Shown here one piece after another: positions 48,623 through 59,480 of a stretch of DNA of 64,000 nt. The position numbers were made by a program, and so were the translations under genes. Positions within the stretch are counted from its first letter, which is position 1. Every line of letters begins with the position of its first letter. The DNA is from an uncultured delta proteobacterium (lineage in GTDB: Bacteria > Myxococcota > Kuafuiibacteriia > Kuafuiibacteriales > Kuafuiibacteriaceae): contig CAWDML010000001.1 in the NCBI GenBank assembly GCA_963803435.1, positions 1,088,001 to 1,152,000 of the forward strand, in the 5' to 3' direction. The notes below the pieces were generated by a model. It searched no databases. It was not told where the DNA came from and saw nothing but the letters and a program-made list of their open reading frames with translations.

Positions 48623-49879
48623 TTACTCTGAACGAGGCGTATCAGCCTGTGAAGACCCGAAGGCCTTGATCACCTCCACGACCTCATCCGTCTCCAGGGT
48701 CCGGTTCGATCGCTTGGCGCGCGCCAGGATCGCCTTGCCGAGCGGCTCGCTCCACTCGAACCGGTGGGTTTTCAGCCACCAGCGCACGTTGGACATGCCG
48801 CTCATGGGTCCGATCTCGATCTCTTGCTCCTTGCCAAACACGCCAGCGGGTACGCCCGAGTACACCCGATCGGCGAGCCAGGTGTCGTTTCGCTCGAACG
48901 CCTTCACGATGGCGGCCGCGTGCACGCCGGTGGCGGTACGGAACGCGTCCTGACCGGCCAACGGGTAGTTCTTCGGGATCGGCCAGCGGCAGGCACGAGA
49001 GACCTCGCGGCAATAGCGGACCAGATGCGTCAGATCGTTGTCGATGATGCCGAGCAGCTTCAGATTCACCAGCACCTGATCGAGCGCCGCGTTCCCGACC
49101 CTCTCTCCGATTCCGAGACAGGTGCCGTGCACGCGATCCGCTCCGGCTTCGAGGGCGTAGATCGCGTTCGTGACCCCGAGGCCACGATCGTTGTGACCGT
49201 GCCAGTCGATCTTGATGCTCTCGCCGGTGCCCTCAATCAACCCGCGCGCCCAGCCGATGATGTTGAAGATCCCGTCCGGGGTGGAGTGGCCCACAGTGTC
49301 ACAGATGACGAGTCGCTTCACACCGAGCTCGATCGCGTGACGGAAGAGCTTGTCGAGGTCCGCGGGCCTCGAGCGGGTCGTATCCTCGGTGACGTACGCG
49401 ACGTCCATCCCTTCCTGGACGGCGAAACGGATCGCCTCCTCGCTGGTCTTGAGAATGTGGTCGACTGTCCAGTTCTCCGCATACTGGCGGATCGGTGAGG
49501 AGCCGATGAACGTATAGACCTCGATCGGGATGCCGGCCTGCTGCGAGACCTCCACCACCGGCCGGATGTCCTGCACCAACGTGCGGCAGGCGCAGTTCGC
49601 CCGGATCGGAAGCTTCTGGTCCGCGATCTCCCGGGCCAGACGAAGCACATCCTCGAACGCGCGAGGCCCCGCGCCGGGAAGCCCGATGTCGGTGGTGGTG
49701 ATGCCGAGCTTCGACTGCAGGTGCAGGATCGTCAGCTTGTCCTCGATCGGCGGGTCCACCACCGACGGTGACTGGATCCCGTCGCGCAGGGTCTCGTCGT
49801 CGAACTCCGGCTTCTTCGTGATGACCGGACCCTTTCGCTTGATCTCGTTCCAGTCGTAGATCAGGTCGCTTCCGTTCAT
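48623..49879 (-). CDS. 2-isopropylmalate/homocitrate synthase family (DRE-TIM), no C-terminal regulatory domain
   Basis: DETLRDG, HGHNDRG, GIGERVGN, GVHA. Confidence 0.8.
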   Translation of the reverse strand: MNGSDLIYDWNEIKRKGPVITKKPEFDDETLRDGIQSPSVVDPPIEDKLTILHLQSKLGITTTDIGLPGAGPRAFEDVLRLAREIADQKLPIRANCACRTLVQDIRPVVEVSQQAGIPIEVYTFIGSSPIRQYAENWTVDHILKTSEEAIRFAVQEGMDVAYVTEDTTRSRPADLDKLFRHAIELGVKRLVICDTVGHSTPDGIFNIIGWARGLIEGTGESIKIDWHGHNDRGLGVTNAIYALEAGADRVHGTCLGIGERVGNAALDQVLVNLKLLGIIDNDLTHLVRYCREVSRACRWPIPKNYPLAGQDAFRTATGVHAAAIVKAFERNDTWLADRVYSGVPAGVFGKEQEIEIGPMSGMSNVRWWLKTHRFEWSEPLGKAILARAKRSNRTLETDEVVEVIKAFGSSQADTPRSE

Positions 49880-49971
49880 TCCTCCGGAAACCTAAGGAGC
49901 GGCGCTGGAGTTATCAAGCGCGTCTCGCGTTTGCGAGCGGGAGGCCCAAAGATTACGATCCGGCGGCGGCC

Positions 49972-51811
49972 ATGGGACAAGAGCCGTTTCCTGCCCGGCC
50001 GACGCTTCCGATCGGCGCGACCGGTACCGGCTCCGAGGGCCGAAGCTACGAGATCCTGGCCACGATCGACCGCGGCGGGATGGGCGAGCTCTTCCTCGCC
50101 CGGATGCACCGCCCCGGGCAGAAGCCCCAGTACGCGGTGCTCAAGCGGCTGCTGGCCGACCTCCTCGACAACGACAAGTACATCCGCATGTTCCGGTCCG
50201 AGGCCGAGGTCATGTCGGAGCTCAACCATCCGAATATCGTGCGGGTGGTCGACATGCCGCGCGTCGGCCGGAACCAGTGCCTCGCCATGGAGTACGTCCG
50301 CGGGCGCAACGTCCAGCAGATGCTGGCGCGCAGCATGGACCTCGGCACACATCTCCCGCCCGAGATCGTCCTCGCGATCATGATCGAGGTCCTCCACGGC
50401 CTCGAGTACGCGCACTGCTACCGGCTGAAGGACGGCACGCCGCTCGAGCTCGTCCATCGCGACGTCACGCCCGGCAACGTCCTCGTCTCGTTCGACGGCG
50501 ACGTGAAGCTGACGGACTTCGGGATCGCCAAGAGCAGGATGTCGGTGGTCTCGACGACGGTCGGCATCGTCAAGGGGAAGGCGCGTTATCTCTCGCCCGA
50601 GCAGATCCTCGGCGAGGCCGCCTCGCCGCGCTCGGATCTCGTTCTCGGCCGCCGCCGTGGTCTGCGAGATGCTGACAGGAGTCCCCGCGTTCGATCGCGG
50701 CACGGTGCCGAAGACGCTCTTCGCGATCGTCAATGGCGAGGCCCCCGACCTCGAACGGACCCTCCCCTTTCGCGCGCCGCTCCTGGTCCAGACGCTGTAC
50801 CGTGCGCTCGCGCCGAAGCCGGAGCTGCGCCTCCAGAGCGCCGGCGAGCTCGCGGAGGCGCTCGAGGCGTCCGCACGTCTGTTCGGCCCGCGCGCCAGCA
50901 AGGCGGACGTGGGGCGCTACGTCGCGGAGCTGTTCCACGACGTCCACGATCCGCTGGCCGAGTTCTTCGAGGACGCCGAAGCGGAGACCGTCCACGGCTT
51001 CCGTCCCACCGAGGCCCGTCCGTCGGAGCTCCCGCCCTTCCCGGCCAATGGAACCGATGTCTCCGATCTGGTCCGCGACCCGCCGGCCGGCGGGCACGAC
51101 GCGCTCGAGGCGGCGGCCGAGTCGGCCTATTCGTCCCCGCCGACGAAGACCCAGATCGTCCGCGGCACGCCGGTCGCGCCCGCGTCGGGCGAGCTGGCGG
51201 CGCTGGCGACGCCCGAAAACACCGATCAGGCCGTCGACGACGCGCTCTCCGTCCTGGCCTGGCTGCAGTCGCAGTCCCAGCCCCAGGTTCCGGCCGCGCC
51301 TCCACCGGGCACGCCGGCCCTCAGGGCGACCGTCGACGCGGCGCTGGCGCGCGACGACACGCGGATCACTCGGCCCGCCGCCCCGGTGCTCCGGCCGAAG
51401 AGGCGGGGCACGCTGACGTTCGCCGCCGGCGTGCTGGCGGGCGCACTCCTCACGATTGCGGTCCAGGCGCTGCGCAGCGAGCCGCCGGATTTCGAGCCCG
51501 ACGACGAGGAGGAGCTCGTGGTGGAGCCCGTGAGCCCTCCGCCGGCAACCTCGGTGATGGAGACCGTCCCCCCGCCGCCGGCCCCCGCGACGACGAAGCC
51601 GGCGACGACCCTCGACATCGTCCATCCCCGCGGCGCCCGGGCCCGGGTCGACGGACGGCTGCTCCCCGACCGCGTGCCGATCCTGGGCGTCCGTCTCACG
51701 CCCGGCGATCACACGGTGAAGGTCTGGCGGGGCCGCTATCGCCGCGAGCTGCGGTTCGAGGCCAAGCCGGGCGAGCGCTACGTGATGAGCAAGCGACTCA
51801 AGAAGAGGTGA
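49972..51811 (+). CDS. Transmembrane Ser/Thr protein kinase with PEGA C-terminus (frameshift ~50641)
   Basis: GGMGELF, HRDVTPGN, DFG, YLSPE; continues in ORF 50657-51811 with TM and GARARVDG. Confidence 0.85.
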
Positions 51812-51812
51812 G

Positions 51813-52915
51813 TCACATCTCCGAGCGCTTCTGCGCCGGGAGATCGAACACGTATCGCTCGCGCGGCGCGACGATCCGCAGGTGCTTCCTCAGCTCCTCC
51901 GTGGCGTCGGGCCAGTTGGTCTCCCCGAGGGCGTGGATGAAGTACCGCTGGCCGCCGGGACGCTCTCCGAGATAGCGCGACGGAAACTCCTGGCTCCCAT
52001 CGAACACGTAGCGCGAGTCGGTCGGACAGGACCAGAGCCGAACCGTGGGGCGATACGGACCGAGCGCACGGTTGAACCGGATCGCCTGTCGCTGCTCGAG
52101 CAGCGCCTCCCGGCAGCGCGCCTCGCCCCGCCAACCGATTCGGCAGCGCGGTCGAGCTCGTCTCTGCGAACCGCCAGCCGTGGGGCGGTCCGCGCCCCAG
52201 GTCGCCGAAGACCGCCGTCGACGACGTGGGCGCCATCTCCAGGCCGACGCGCTCGCGCACGTCGTACTTTCCGGAGAGGTCGGCCATCGCCAGCTCGCCG
52301 GCCACCTGATCGAGCGCCACGAACAGCGTCTCGGCCAGCACGGTCCAGGGCGTGGGCTCCCCGCCGGCCAGCCTGCGGGCCTCGTGCTTCGACCAGCCGG
52401 CGTCGAGCTTGATCAGCGCCCGCTCCGGGTTCTTGGCGTCGAGCAACGCCAGATCCTTGAGGACCACCTCCGACAGGATCATGCGCTCATCCTGATCGCG
52501 ACCGCTCTTCGGATCCGGTGCGGCCGACTCGACGTACCCTCGCATCCGGTAGATGCGTCCGGTGAGCAGGAGATCCGCCTCGGGCGCCTGGCTCTTGTCG
52601 AGAACCAGGATGACCTGCGCGAACAGGTGCGCCCGCGCCAGGTGGTTCGCCAGGAGCTCGGTGATGCGGTTGCGCGCATCCCCTCGCAGATCGCCCAGGT
52701 CGGTCGCCTCGTATTCGATGCCCTGGTAGTCGAAGTGGTCGTTGTCGGGCCCGTCGCCGATGGCGCGATCGTCGATCAACGGCAGCACGGCGACCCGGAA
52801 CGGGTGAACCGCGGCCGGCCGTTGCCGCACGCTCTGGAGGTCGTACGGGATCTCGGCGAAGGCGCAGCCGGCGAGGCTCAACAGAACAATGGCGCTGGCA
52901 GATCGGATGAGCCCG
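51813..52915 (-). CDS. Hypothetical lipoprotein (frameshift ~52139)
   Basis: Lipobox SLAGC; RVAVLPLIDDR; C-terminus in ORF 51813-52007; start uncertain. Confidence 0.5.
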
Positions 52916-52932
52916 ACTGTAATGTCATTTGC

Positions 52933-53757
52933 ATGCCTCGTGAACGCGTACGTGACGTACGGGTCACCGCCCTCGCGCCCGGGGGTTCGGCCACAGTACG
53001 CGACGATTGCGTCGCTTGCGAGGAGCCCCTCGAGATCCGCATCGAAGAAAAGCCTCTGGCCGTGATCATGCGGACGCCCGGGGACGACCTCGAGCTGGCG
53101 GCCGGGTTTCTCAAATCCGAGGCAATCATCCGCGACGAGAGCGACCTCGCGACGATCCGTCACTGCACGAGCGGGGCGGATCCAGGCCTCGAGAACGTGG
53201 TGGAGGTGCGCCTGTCGGACGCGCGGCGAACCTCGGCCGAGGCCGCGCTGGCCTCGCGGATGGCCGAGCGGAGCACCGTCACCAGCGCCAGCTGCGGCGT
53301 CTGCGGCAAGCGGAGCATCGAGTCCCTGCACGTCGATCGACCGCCCTTCTCCGCCGCCGCGCACGTCGACCTCGAGGTGATCGCCAGCCTCCCCGCCCGG
53401 CTCCGGGCCCACCAGGAGGTGTTCGAGCGGACCGGTGGTCTGCACGCGGCGGCGGTCTTCGACGCGCGCGGGCAGATCATGGTCATCCGCGAGGACGTGG
53501 GCCGCCACAATGCGGTCGACAAGTGTGTCGGCATGCTCCTGCTCCGCGACCGCCTGTCGGAGCTCGATGGCGCCGTGTTGATGGTCTCCGGCCGGACCAG
53601 CTTCGAGATCATCCAAAAGGCGCTGGTCGCGGGGATCCAGATCGTCGCGGCGGTGTCCGCGCCCTCGAGCCTCGCCGTCGAGCTGGCGCAGGCCTCCAAC
53701 ATGGCGCTGTTCGGCTTCGTGCGCGACGGGCGCGTCAACGCTTACGGAACGCCTTGA
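52933..53757 (+). CDS. fdhD: Formate dehydrogenase accessory sulfurtransferase
   Basis: EEPLEI, MRTPGDDLELAAGF, SCGVCG, TGGLHAA, EDVGRHNAVDK. Confidence 0.92.
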   Translation: MPRERVRDVRVTALAPGGSATVRDDCVACEEPLEIRIEEKPLAVIMRTPGDDLELAAGFLKSEAIIRDESDLATIRHCTSGADPGLENVVEVRLSDARRTSAEAALASRMAERSTVTSASCGVCGKRSIESLHVDRPPFSAAAHVDLEVIASLPARLRAHQEVFERTGGLHAAAVFDARGQIMVIREDVGRHNAVDKCVGMLLLRDRLSELDGAVLMVSGRTSFEIIQKALVAGIQIVAAVSAPSSLAVELAQASNMALFGFVRDGRVNAYGTP

Positions 53758-55252
53758 GCGCCGCCAGCGCGATCGCGATCAGCGAGAGCCAGCCGAGCAC
53801 GTCTCCGAACAACATGTAGACCGTGGTCGAACGATCCTCGATCAGAGGCACGTCGTCGACCAGCGTCTCCTGCGTCCATTGGCCCGTCCGCTTCACGATC
53901 CGCCCCACCGGATCGACGAACGCGCTGATGCCGGTGTTCGTGGACCGTATCAGCGCCCGCCGGGTCTCGATGGTGCGGAACGTGGCCAGCACCAGGTGGA
54001 TCAGCGGCTCGTGCGTGTTGCCGTACCAGGAGTCGTTCGTCACGTTGACGAGCGCCTCGGCGGGTCCGCCCTTGCTCCACATCTTGCGCACGAACCCGGG
54101 GATGATGTCCTCGTAGCAGATCATCGGCAGGAGCTTCGCTCCGGCCACCTCGAAGCTCACGTAGTGCTTGCCGCGCGTGAACGTCGAGCTCCGCGGAAAG
54201 AGCTTCCTGATCTGGGGAAACGTGTCGACGAGCGGAAGCGTCTCACCGAACACCAGGAGCTCGATCTTGTCGAACATCCCCACCACGTCGCCGGTCGAGG
54301 AGGTGGCCACCGCGGTGTTGTAGAAGAACCGATCGGGGTCGTCCTTCGGCCCCTCCTCGTAGGTGAGCGCCCCGAAGATCACCGGAACGTCGATGCCGTC
54401 GGTGACCTCGGCCCGCACGTTCTTCTGATCCTTCCGGATGTATCGATTGTAGGCCGACTCCGGCCAGACGATCAGATCGAGGTCGCGGTGCGAGGCTAGC
54501 AGCTCGCGGGACATCGCCTGGTGGCGGTGGATGAACTCGTTGCGCTTCTCGGCCTTGTCGCGCGCGCCCAGGTTGGTCTGGACGATCCCCACCTTCAGCT
54601 TGGGCGCCTCGGCCACCTTCGCGTCGACGACCGGGATCCGGACCGCGCCGAAGATCAGCGTGAGCGCCAGTGCGCCCCCCGCCACCGAGAGGTCGCGGCG
54701 CGTCCTCGAGTGGAGGGCCGCCGCCACGAGGCAGATCAGGACCGTCAAGCCCAGCATCCCGAAGACCTCGACGATCTGTGTGAGGATCGAGACCCGGTAC
54801 AGCGCGTTGCCCAGGTAGCTGGGGAAGATGAACGGGAAGACGGTCTCGACCGCGGCGTAGCCGATCGGGAGCGACACGATCGCCGGGATCTTCAGTCGCA
54901 CCTCGGCGATACGCACCAGCCAGGCGACGGCGCCGACCGAGAGGCCGTGGAAGAGCGCCAGCAGCAGGCAGCCGAGGAGCGCGAGCGGAAGGTTGAGCCC
55001 CGCGAAGTCCAGGAGCAGGTGCGTGACCCAGTAGTAGCCGCCCAGCATCGCCACGGTGCCCGCGATCTGGCCCAGGAGGAGCGCGCGCCTCGGTGTGGCG
55101 CCTTCGATCGCGAACAGCAGGGGCGTGAGAAAGAGAAAGATGAGCGGCCAGATGTCGAAGCCGACGAACCCGAGGAAGTAGAGGACCCCGGAGAGGACGG
55201 CCAGCAGGAAGGGACGGAGCTTGGTCAAGGCGTCATTGGACCGTGACGACAT
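53735..55252 (-). CDS. lnt: Apolipoprotein N-acyltransferase
   Basis: TM region; VWPES, K.ELLVFGE, ICYED, NVTNDSWY, RSTNTGIS. Confidence 0.92.
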   Translation of the reverse strand: MSSRSNDALTKLRPFLLAVLSGVLYFLGFVGFDIWPLIFLFLTPLLFAIEGATPRRALLLGQIAGTVAMLGGYYWVTHLLLDFAGLNLPLALLGCLLLALFHGLSVGAVAWLVRIAEVRLKIPAIVSLPIGYAAVETVFPFIFPSYLGNALYRVSILTQIVEVFGMLGLTVLICLVAAALHSRTRRDLSVAGGALALTLIFGAVRIPVVDAKVAEAPKLKVGIVQTNLGARDKAEKRNEFIHRHQAMSRELLASHRDLDLIVWPESAYNRYIRKDQKNVRAEVTDGIDVPVIFGALTYEEGPKDDPDRFFYNTAVATSSTGDVVGMFDKIELLVFGETLPLVDTFPQIRKLFPRSSTFTRGKHYVSFEVAGAKLLPMICYEDIIPGFVRKMWSKGGPAEALVNVTNDSWYGNTHEPLIHLVLATFRTIETRRALIRSTNTGISAFVDPVGRIVKRTGQWTQETLVDDVPLIEDRSTTVYMLFGDVLGWLSLIAIALAALKAFRKR

Positions 55253-55826
55253 CGTTCGGTTGGAGTGGAATGTTCTCTTTGAGGTCCGAGCCGGTCACGA
55301 TCGGATCGAGCTCGACGTCGTACCGGACGAACTGATCGCCCTTGCGCCGGACCACCACCGCACATCCTTCGGCGAATGGGGTGGCCCCTCCTGCGACGGT
55401 CAGCGCCTGCAACAAGTACATCTCGCCCGAATACTGGAACGCGCCCGACGTGCGCACCTGGCCCAGCATGTAGATCTGTTTGCTCGAGAACTGGGTGACC
55501 GTGATGCTGACGATGGGATCCTTGATGTAGGTCTTCAGGCGCTCGGTCAAACGCTTTTGAAACTGGGGAATGGTGTCACCTGCGGCGGGCACGTCGTTGA
55601 CCAGGGGCAGCGTGATCTTGCCGTCTGGCCGAACGGTCACCAACCGGGTGAGCTGCTGATTCTGCCAGACCTCGATCTGGAGCTGATCGCCGCCGTTGAT
55701 GACGTATCCGCCCTCCTCCGGCTTCACCGCGAGGAAGGTCTTCTTCTCTTCCGCCGGGATCGACGGGCACACGCTGCCGCACCCTACTCCGGCCCCGGCC
55801 AGAATCACGCCCCACACCCAACGCAT
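55233..55826 (-). CDS. wza: Short polysaccharide export (OPX) lipoprotein
   Basis: Lipobox; GDQLQIEVW...VRPDGKITLPLV (PES motif); one SLBB domain; no C-terminal OM helix. Confidence 0.85.
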   Translation of the reverse strand: MRWVWGVILAGAGVGCGSVCPSIPAEEKKTFLAVKPEEGGYVINGGDQLQIEVWQNQQLTRLVTVRPDGKITLPLVNDVPAAGDTIPQFQKRLTERLKTYIKDPIVSITVTQFSSKQIYMLGQVRTSGAFQYSGEMYLLQALTVAGGATPFAEGCAVVVRRKGDQFVRYDVELDPIVTGSDLKENIPLQPNDVVTVQ

Positions 55827-55903
55827 CGGCCTCCCCGTAACATGTTGCTGGGCGACGGACCAGCCGCTAGCCTTTGACCCGCGACGCCGGGACGCGCCCG
55901 ATC

Positions 55904-57778
55904 ATGAGCTCCCCCAAGGTCTTCTCCCTCGCAGTGGTCAAAGGCCAGAGCAAGGGGGAGGTCCTGACGAGCGAACGGAAGCGTCTCTCGGTCGGAAGCG
56001 CGGAAAACAACGACCTGGTGGTGGCCGATCCCGACATCGCCCAGCGCCACTTCGTCGTGTTGATCGATCAGGATCGCTGGCGCATCCACACCTATTCACC
56101 GGGCGACAGCATCACCGTCGACCGACGCTGGACCCACCCGGTGTCCGGCAAACGGGGCGCGATCGTGCTGGCGGCGCACTCCGAGATCCTCCTGTTCCCC
56201 GGCGAGCTCGAACCCGCGGTGATCGCGGCGGAGATCCAGAAGCGCCAGAGCGACGCCTTCCCGTTGCCGGAGGAGCGGGCCGACGTGGCGACCGACATCT
56301 TCGAGCAGGCCATCGAGCTCACCGTCGCCGGCGTCGCGAACGAGCCGACCGTCGCGATGCGGGTCGCCGATTCGCAGGGGACCCACCCCGTGGACCCGGC
56401 GCAGATGGATCTGGTGGAGATGTCCCAGATGCCGACGATCGCGGGCGAGCGCCCGCCGGACGATCTGCGCCAAGCCGCACGGGTTCGGCTGGTCGACGAG
56501 CGCAAGCCGGTGGCGCCGAGTGTGCTGCGCGCGGAGTCCTCGGAGGCGGACCCGCTCGCGAATCAGCCCGTGCACGGAGCGCCCGAGGGCATATGGGAGG
56601 AGAAGACGGTGGGCCTCACGCCCAGCACGAGCACGCCCCGGAAGAAGCGCCGTGGCTGGGACGAGGCGAGGAAACCGGAGAAGCGGTCCGAGCGCGCCAT
56701 CCCTGAGGTCATCGCGCAGCCCGAGTCGCAGATCATGAGCCTGTCCCGCGCGACCGGATCGTCGATGAGCGCGATCCCCGAGCCGCGCCCCGCGGAAGCG
56801 CAGGTCATCGAGCTGAGCCCCAATGCGCGCTCGGCGGGCGGTTCGAGCCCTCCGGTCTCGACCAAGCCGTCGTCGAAGAGGAACGCCTGGGGCGATCCGG
56901 AGCAGCCGCCGCCGCGGCCTGCGACGCCGAAGATGAACGCCTGGGGCGACGAGCCGGCCAAGCGCGGGAACAAGTGGGGAGACCGGCCCGAGCGCCTGCC
57001 CAACACGCCGCCTCCCGTCGCGTCGACCGCGCTGGAGAAGCCAGGTGCGCGCGCGCTCTACGTCGGGCGGCAGATCGCGCTCCCCGAGCTGCTGATGAAG
57101 TCTCGGGACCCCGCCCTCCAGATCGTGCGTGAGCCGGACGGACAGCTCGCCACCTCGATCCGCCTGCTCGGCACCAAGATCGAGGAGTTCGCCCGGGGCC
57201 TCGGGTACCGGGCCTATATGTTCACCAGCGCCGAGCCGCTCACCGGCAAGACCACCACCATCTGCAACCTGGCCTTCGCGCTGGCGGAGGACACCCACCG
57301 GCGGGTGGCGCTGATCGAGGCGAACTTCCGCTACCCCCGACTCTCCGAGCTGCTCGGCCTCCCGGAGAAGGAGGGGATCATCCCGGTCCTCGAGGGCCGC
57401 GCGAAGCTCTCGGACTCGGTCGTGAAGGTGAAGGACCGCAACCTGGTGGTGCTCCCCACCGGCGGGCGCCATCCTCACCCGGCGGAGGTGCTGGCGTCGC
57501 CGCGCTTCAAGACGATGATCGCCGAGCTGGCGGACACCGTGGACATCGCGCTCGTCGACGCGCCCTCGGTGTCTCCGCACGCCGACGCAAACCTGCTGCT
57601 CCCTCTGGTCGACGCGGCCTTCCTGGTGGTCGCGGGCGGGAGCACCAAGAGCATCTGGGTGAGCCGAGCGCTGGGGCAGCTCGGGGAGAAACGCATCCTG
57701 GGAGCCCTCTACAACAGGATCCCGAAGCGTACGGCGAAGGAGATCAAGAGCGAGCGGAGTCAGCGCTCGAAGGCCTAG
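55904..57778 (+). CDS. FHA-like domain fused to a CpsD/CapB-type (BY-kinase) ATPase domain
   Basis: LSVGSAENNDLVV.D..IAQRH; TSAEPLTGKTT, LIEANFRYP, LVDAP. Confidence 0.75.
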   Translation: MSSPKVFSLAVVKGQSKGEVLTSERKRLSVGSAENNDLVVADPDIAQRHFVVLIDQDRWRIHTYSPGDSITVDRRWTHPVSGKRGAIVLAAHSEILLFPGELEPAVIAAEIQKRQSDAFPLPEERADVATDIFEQAIELTVAGVANEPTVAMRVADSQGTHPVDPAQMDLVEMSQMPTIAGERPPDDLRQAARVRLVDERKPVAPSVLRAESSEADPLANQPVHGAPEGIWEEKTVGLTPSTSTPRKKRRGWDEARKPEKRSERAIPEVIAQPESQIMSLSRATGSSMSAIPEPRPAEAQVIELSPNARSAGGSSPPVSTKPSSKRNAWGDPEQPPPRPATPKMNAWGDEPAKRGNKWGDRPERLPNTPPPVASTALEKPGARALYVGRQIALPELLMKSRDPALQIVREPDGQLATSIRLLGTKIEEFARGLGYRAYMFTSAEPLTGKTTTICNLAFALAEDTHRRVALIEANFRYPRLSELLGLPEKEGIIPVLEGRAKLSDSVVKVKDRNLVVLPTGGRHPHPAEVLASPRFKTMIAELADTVDIALVDAPSVSPHADANLLLPLVDAAFLVVAGGSTKSIWVSRALGQLGEKRILGALYNRIPKRTAKEIKSERSQRSKA

Positions 57779-57864
57779 GAGCGTGTAGCGCGTAAGCGCT
57801 CACGCGACCCCGGTCCGGGTCCCGGTCCCGGTCCGGGTCCCGATCTGAAGATGGCTGCCTTGAG

Positions 57865-58318
57865 TCAGACGCTCGCGACGGTCGCGAGCTTCGATCGGTA
57901 GAGCTTGAGCAGGTTGTGGGTGAGGCAGACGAGCGTCCACTCGGCTCGTACCTTGAAGAAGGAGCGGAGCGAGAACCGGCGGAATCCTCGTGCCCCTTTG
58001 ATCTGTCCGAGCGCCGGTTCGACGATACTCTTCCTGCGGGCGTAGACCGCCTTGCCGTCGCGCGTTTGCAACTTGTCTCGCATTCGCTTGCGAGCGAGCG
58101 AGGCAGGTGTGGGCTCCGAAGCTGATGAGGACGGAGTCGACGCGTCTTGGTTCTGTTCGCGTCCAACAGCGATGTGGGCATCGATCTGATTGTTGTCGCA
58201 GAATTCGATGTTGGTCGCGCTCAGATAGCCGTTGTCTGCCGTCATCTTCCGCGGAGCATCGCCGCAGTTGCCGAACACATCACGGAGCATCGGGACGAGG
58301 TGTTGCTGATTCAACGCC
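57865..58318 (-). pseudogene. IS1182-family transposase, C-terminal remnant
   Basis: MTADNGY...YARRKSIVEPALGQIK...HNLLKL. Confidence 0.85.
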
Positions 58319-58426
58319 CAAGCGCGTTGTCGAGATGCTCACGCGCCTCATCAAGAGCCGGTCCAGAAACCGTTCCGTTCGCAGTTTGCTGTTTCGTCGT
58401 TCTGTCATTCGCTGTTCGATCCGGCG

Positions 58427-58770
58427 ATGAAGGGCGATGACATCGCAGAACGACTGCTCAAGTTTGCGAAGCGTGTACTTCGGCTTTGCCGCGAGTTCCC
58501 AAACGACTTTGCCGGCAAGCACGTTGTCCGACAGCTGATCCGGTGTTCATCCGGAGGTGGTGCGAATGACGAGGAAGCGCGTGGCGGCGAGAGCTTTGCC
58601 GACTTCATCCACAAGATGGCGGTCGCTCGCAAGGATGGTTGCGTCTTGCCGATCCGGAGCTGATGCAGGGAGCGGAGATCGCTTCGCTGATCCGAGAGGC
58701 CAACGAACTCTCTGCGATTCTGACGAGCTCCATCAAGACGGCGAAGGCTCGATCAGGGAAGTCATCGAGC
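58427..58770 (+). pseudogene. Four-helix-bundle (Avd/23S-IVS-like) gene B, disrupted ~58630
   Basis: IAERLLKFAKRVLRLC...RQLIRCSSGGGANDEEARGGESFADFIHKM...LIREANELSAIL. Confidence 0.8.
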
Positions 58771-59480
58771 CTGCTGGAACGCGATGATCGCGCGCGCAAG
58801 ATGAACCAGCCCGAGATGCCGCGATCCCGTTCGTTCCCACCGCACGAGTCATGCGCGGAACTGGTTGTGCCAAGCGTTCGTGCGCTCGACAACCCAGCGC
58901 CGCGGCCTACCGCGGACACAGCCAGCGAGTGCAGGCTCGCCGCGGCGGCGGATATACGGTTTGATCCGGCGCGCTCGAATGGCGGCCTCGACATCCGCGT
59001 AGTCGTAGCCTTTATCCAGGCAGAGGTGCTCCGGCCGTCGTGGGCCGCGGGAGCCCCGTAGGACGACGCCGTCGAGCGTCTGCTCCACCCGCCACTTGTC
59101 GTGCACGTTCGCGCCTGAGATCTCGACCGCCAACGGAACACCACGACCATCCGTGAGCACGTGACGCTTCACGCCTCGCTTGGCTCAATCCGTCGGGTTC
59201 GGACCGGTCAGGTCCCCTTTTGGAGCCTTGACGATCGCGCTGTCGAGTGAAGTCCACTTCCACTGTATGCCGCGCCTCCTGTCGTAGTACCGCAGCAGCT
59301 CAGCGAAGATCGCGGTGAAGATCCCTGCACCCTGTCCGAAGGCGATAGACGATACCTGCCATCACGACGCGATCCGCAACCCGCGGGCGACCTCCCCGCG
59401 GCCTTGGACCTCGCTTCGCGAGTAACGGCTCAATGCGTTTCCACAGGGCGTCCGGAAGACTTGCGAATCTTGCCTGCATC
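58762..59480 (-). pseudogene. IS5-family transposase, copy 2 (internal deletion, premature stops)
   Basis: MQARFASLPDALWKRIEPLL...; KRHVLTDGRGVPL...LCLDKGYDY...RRWVVERTNAW. Confidence 0.85.
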
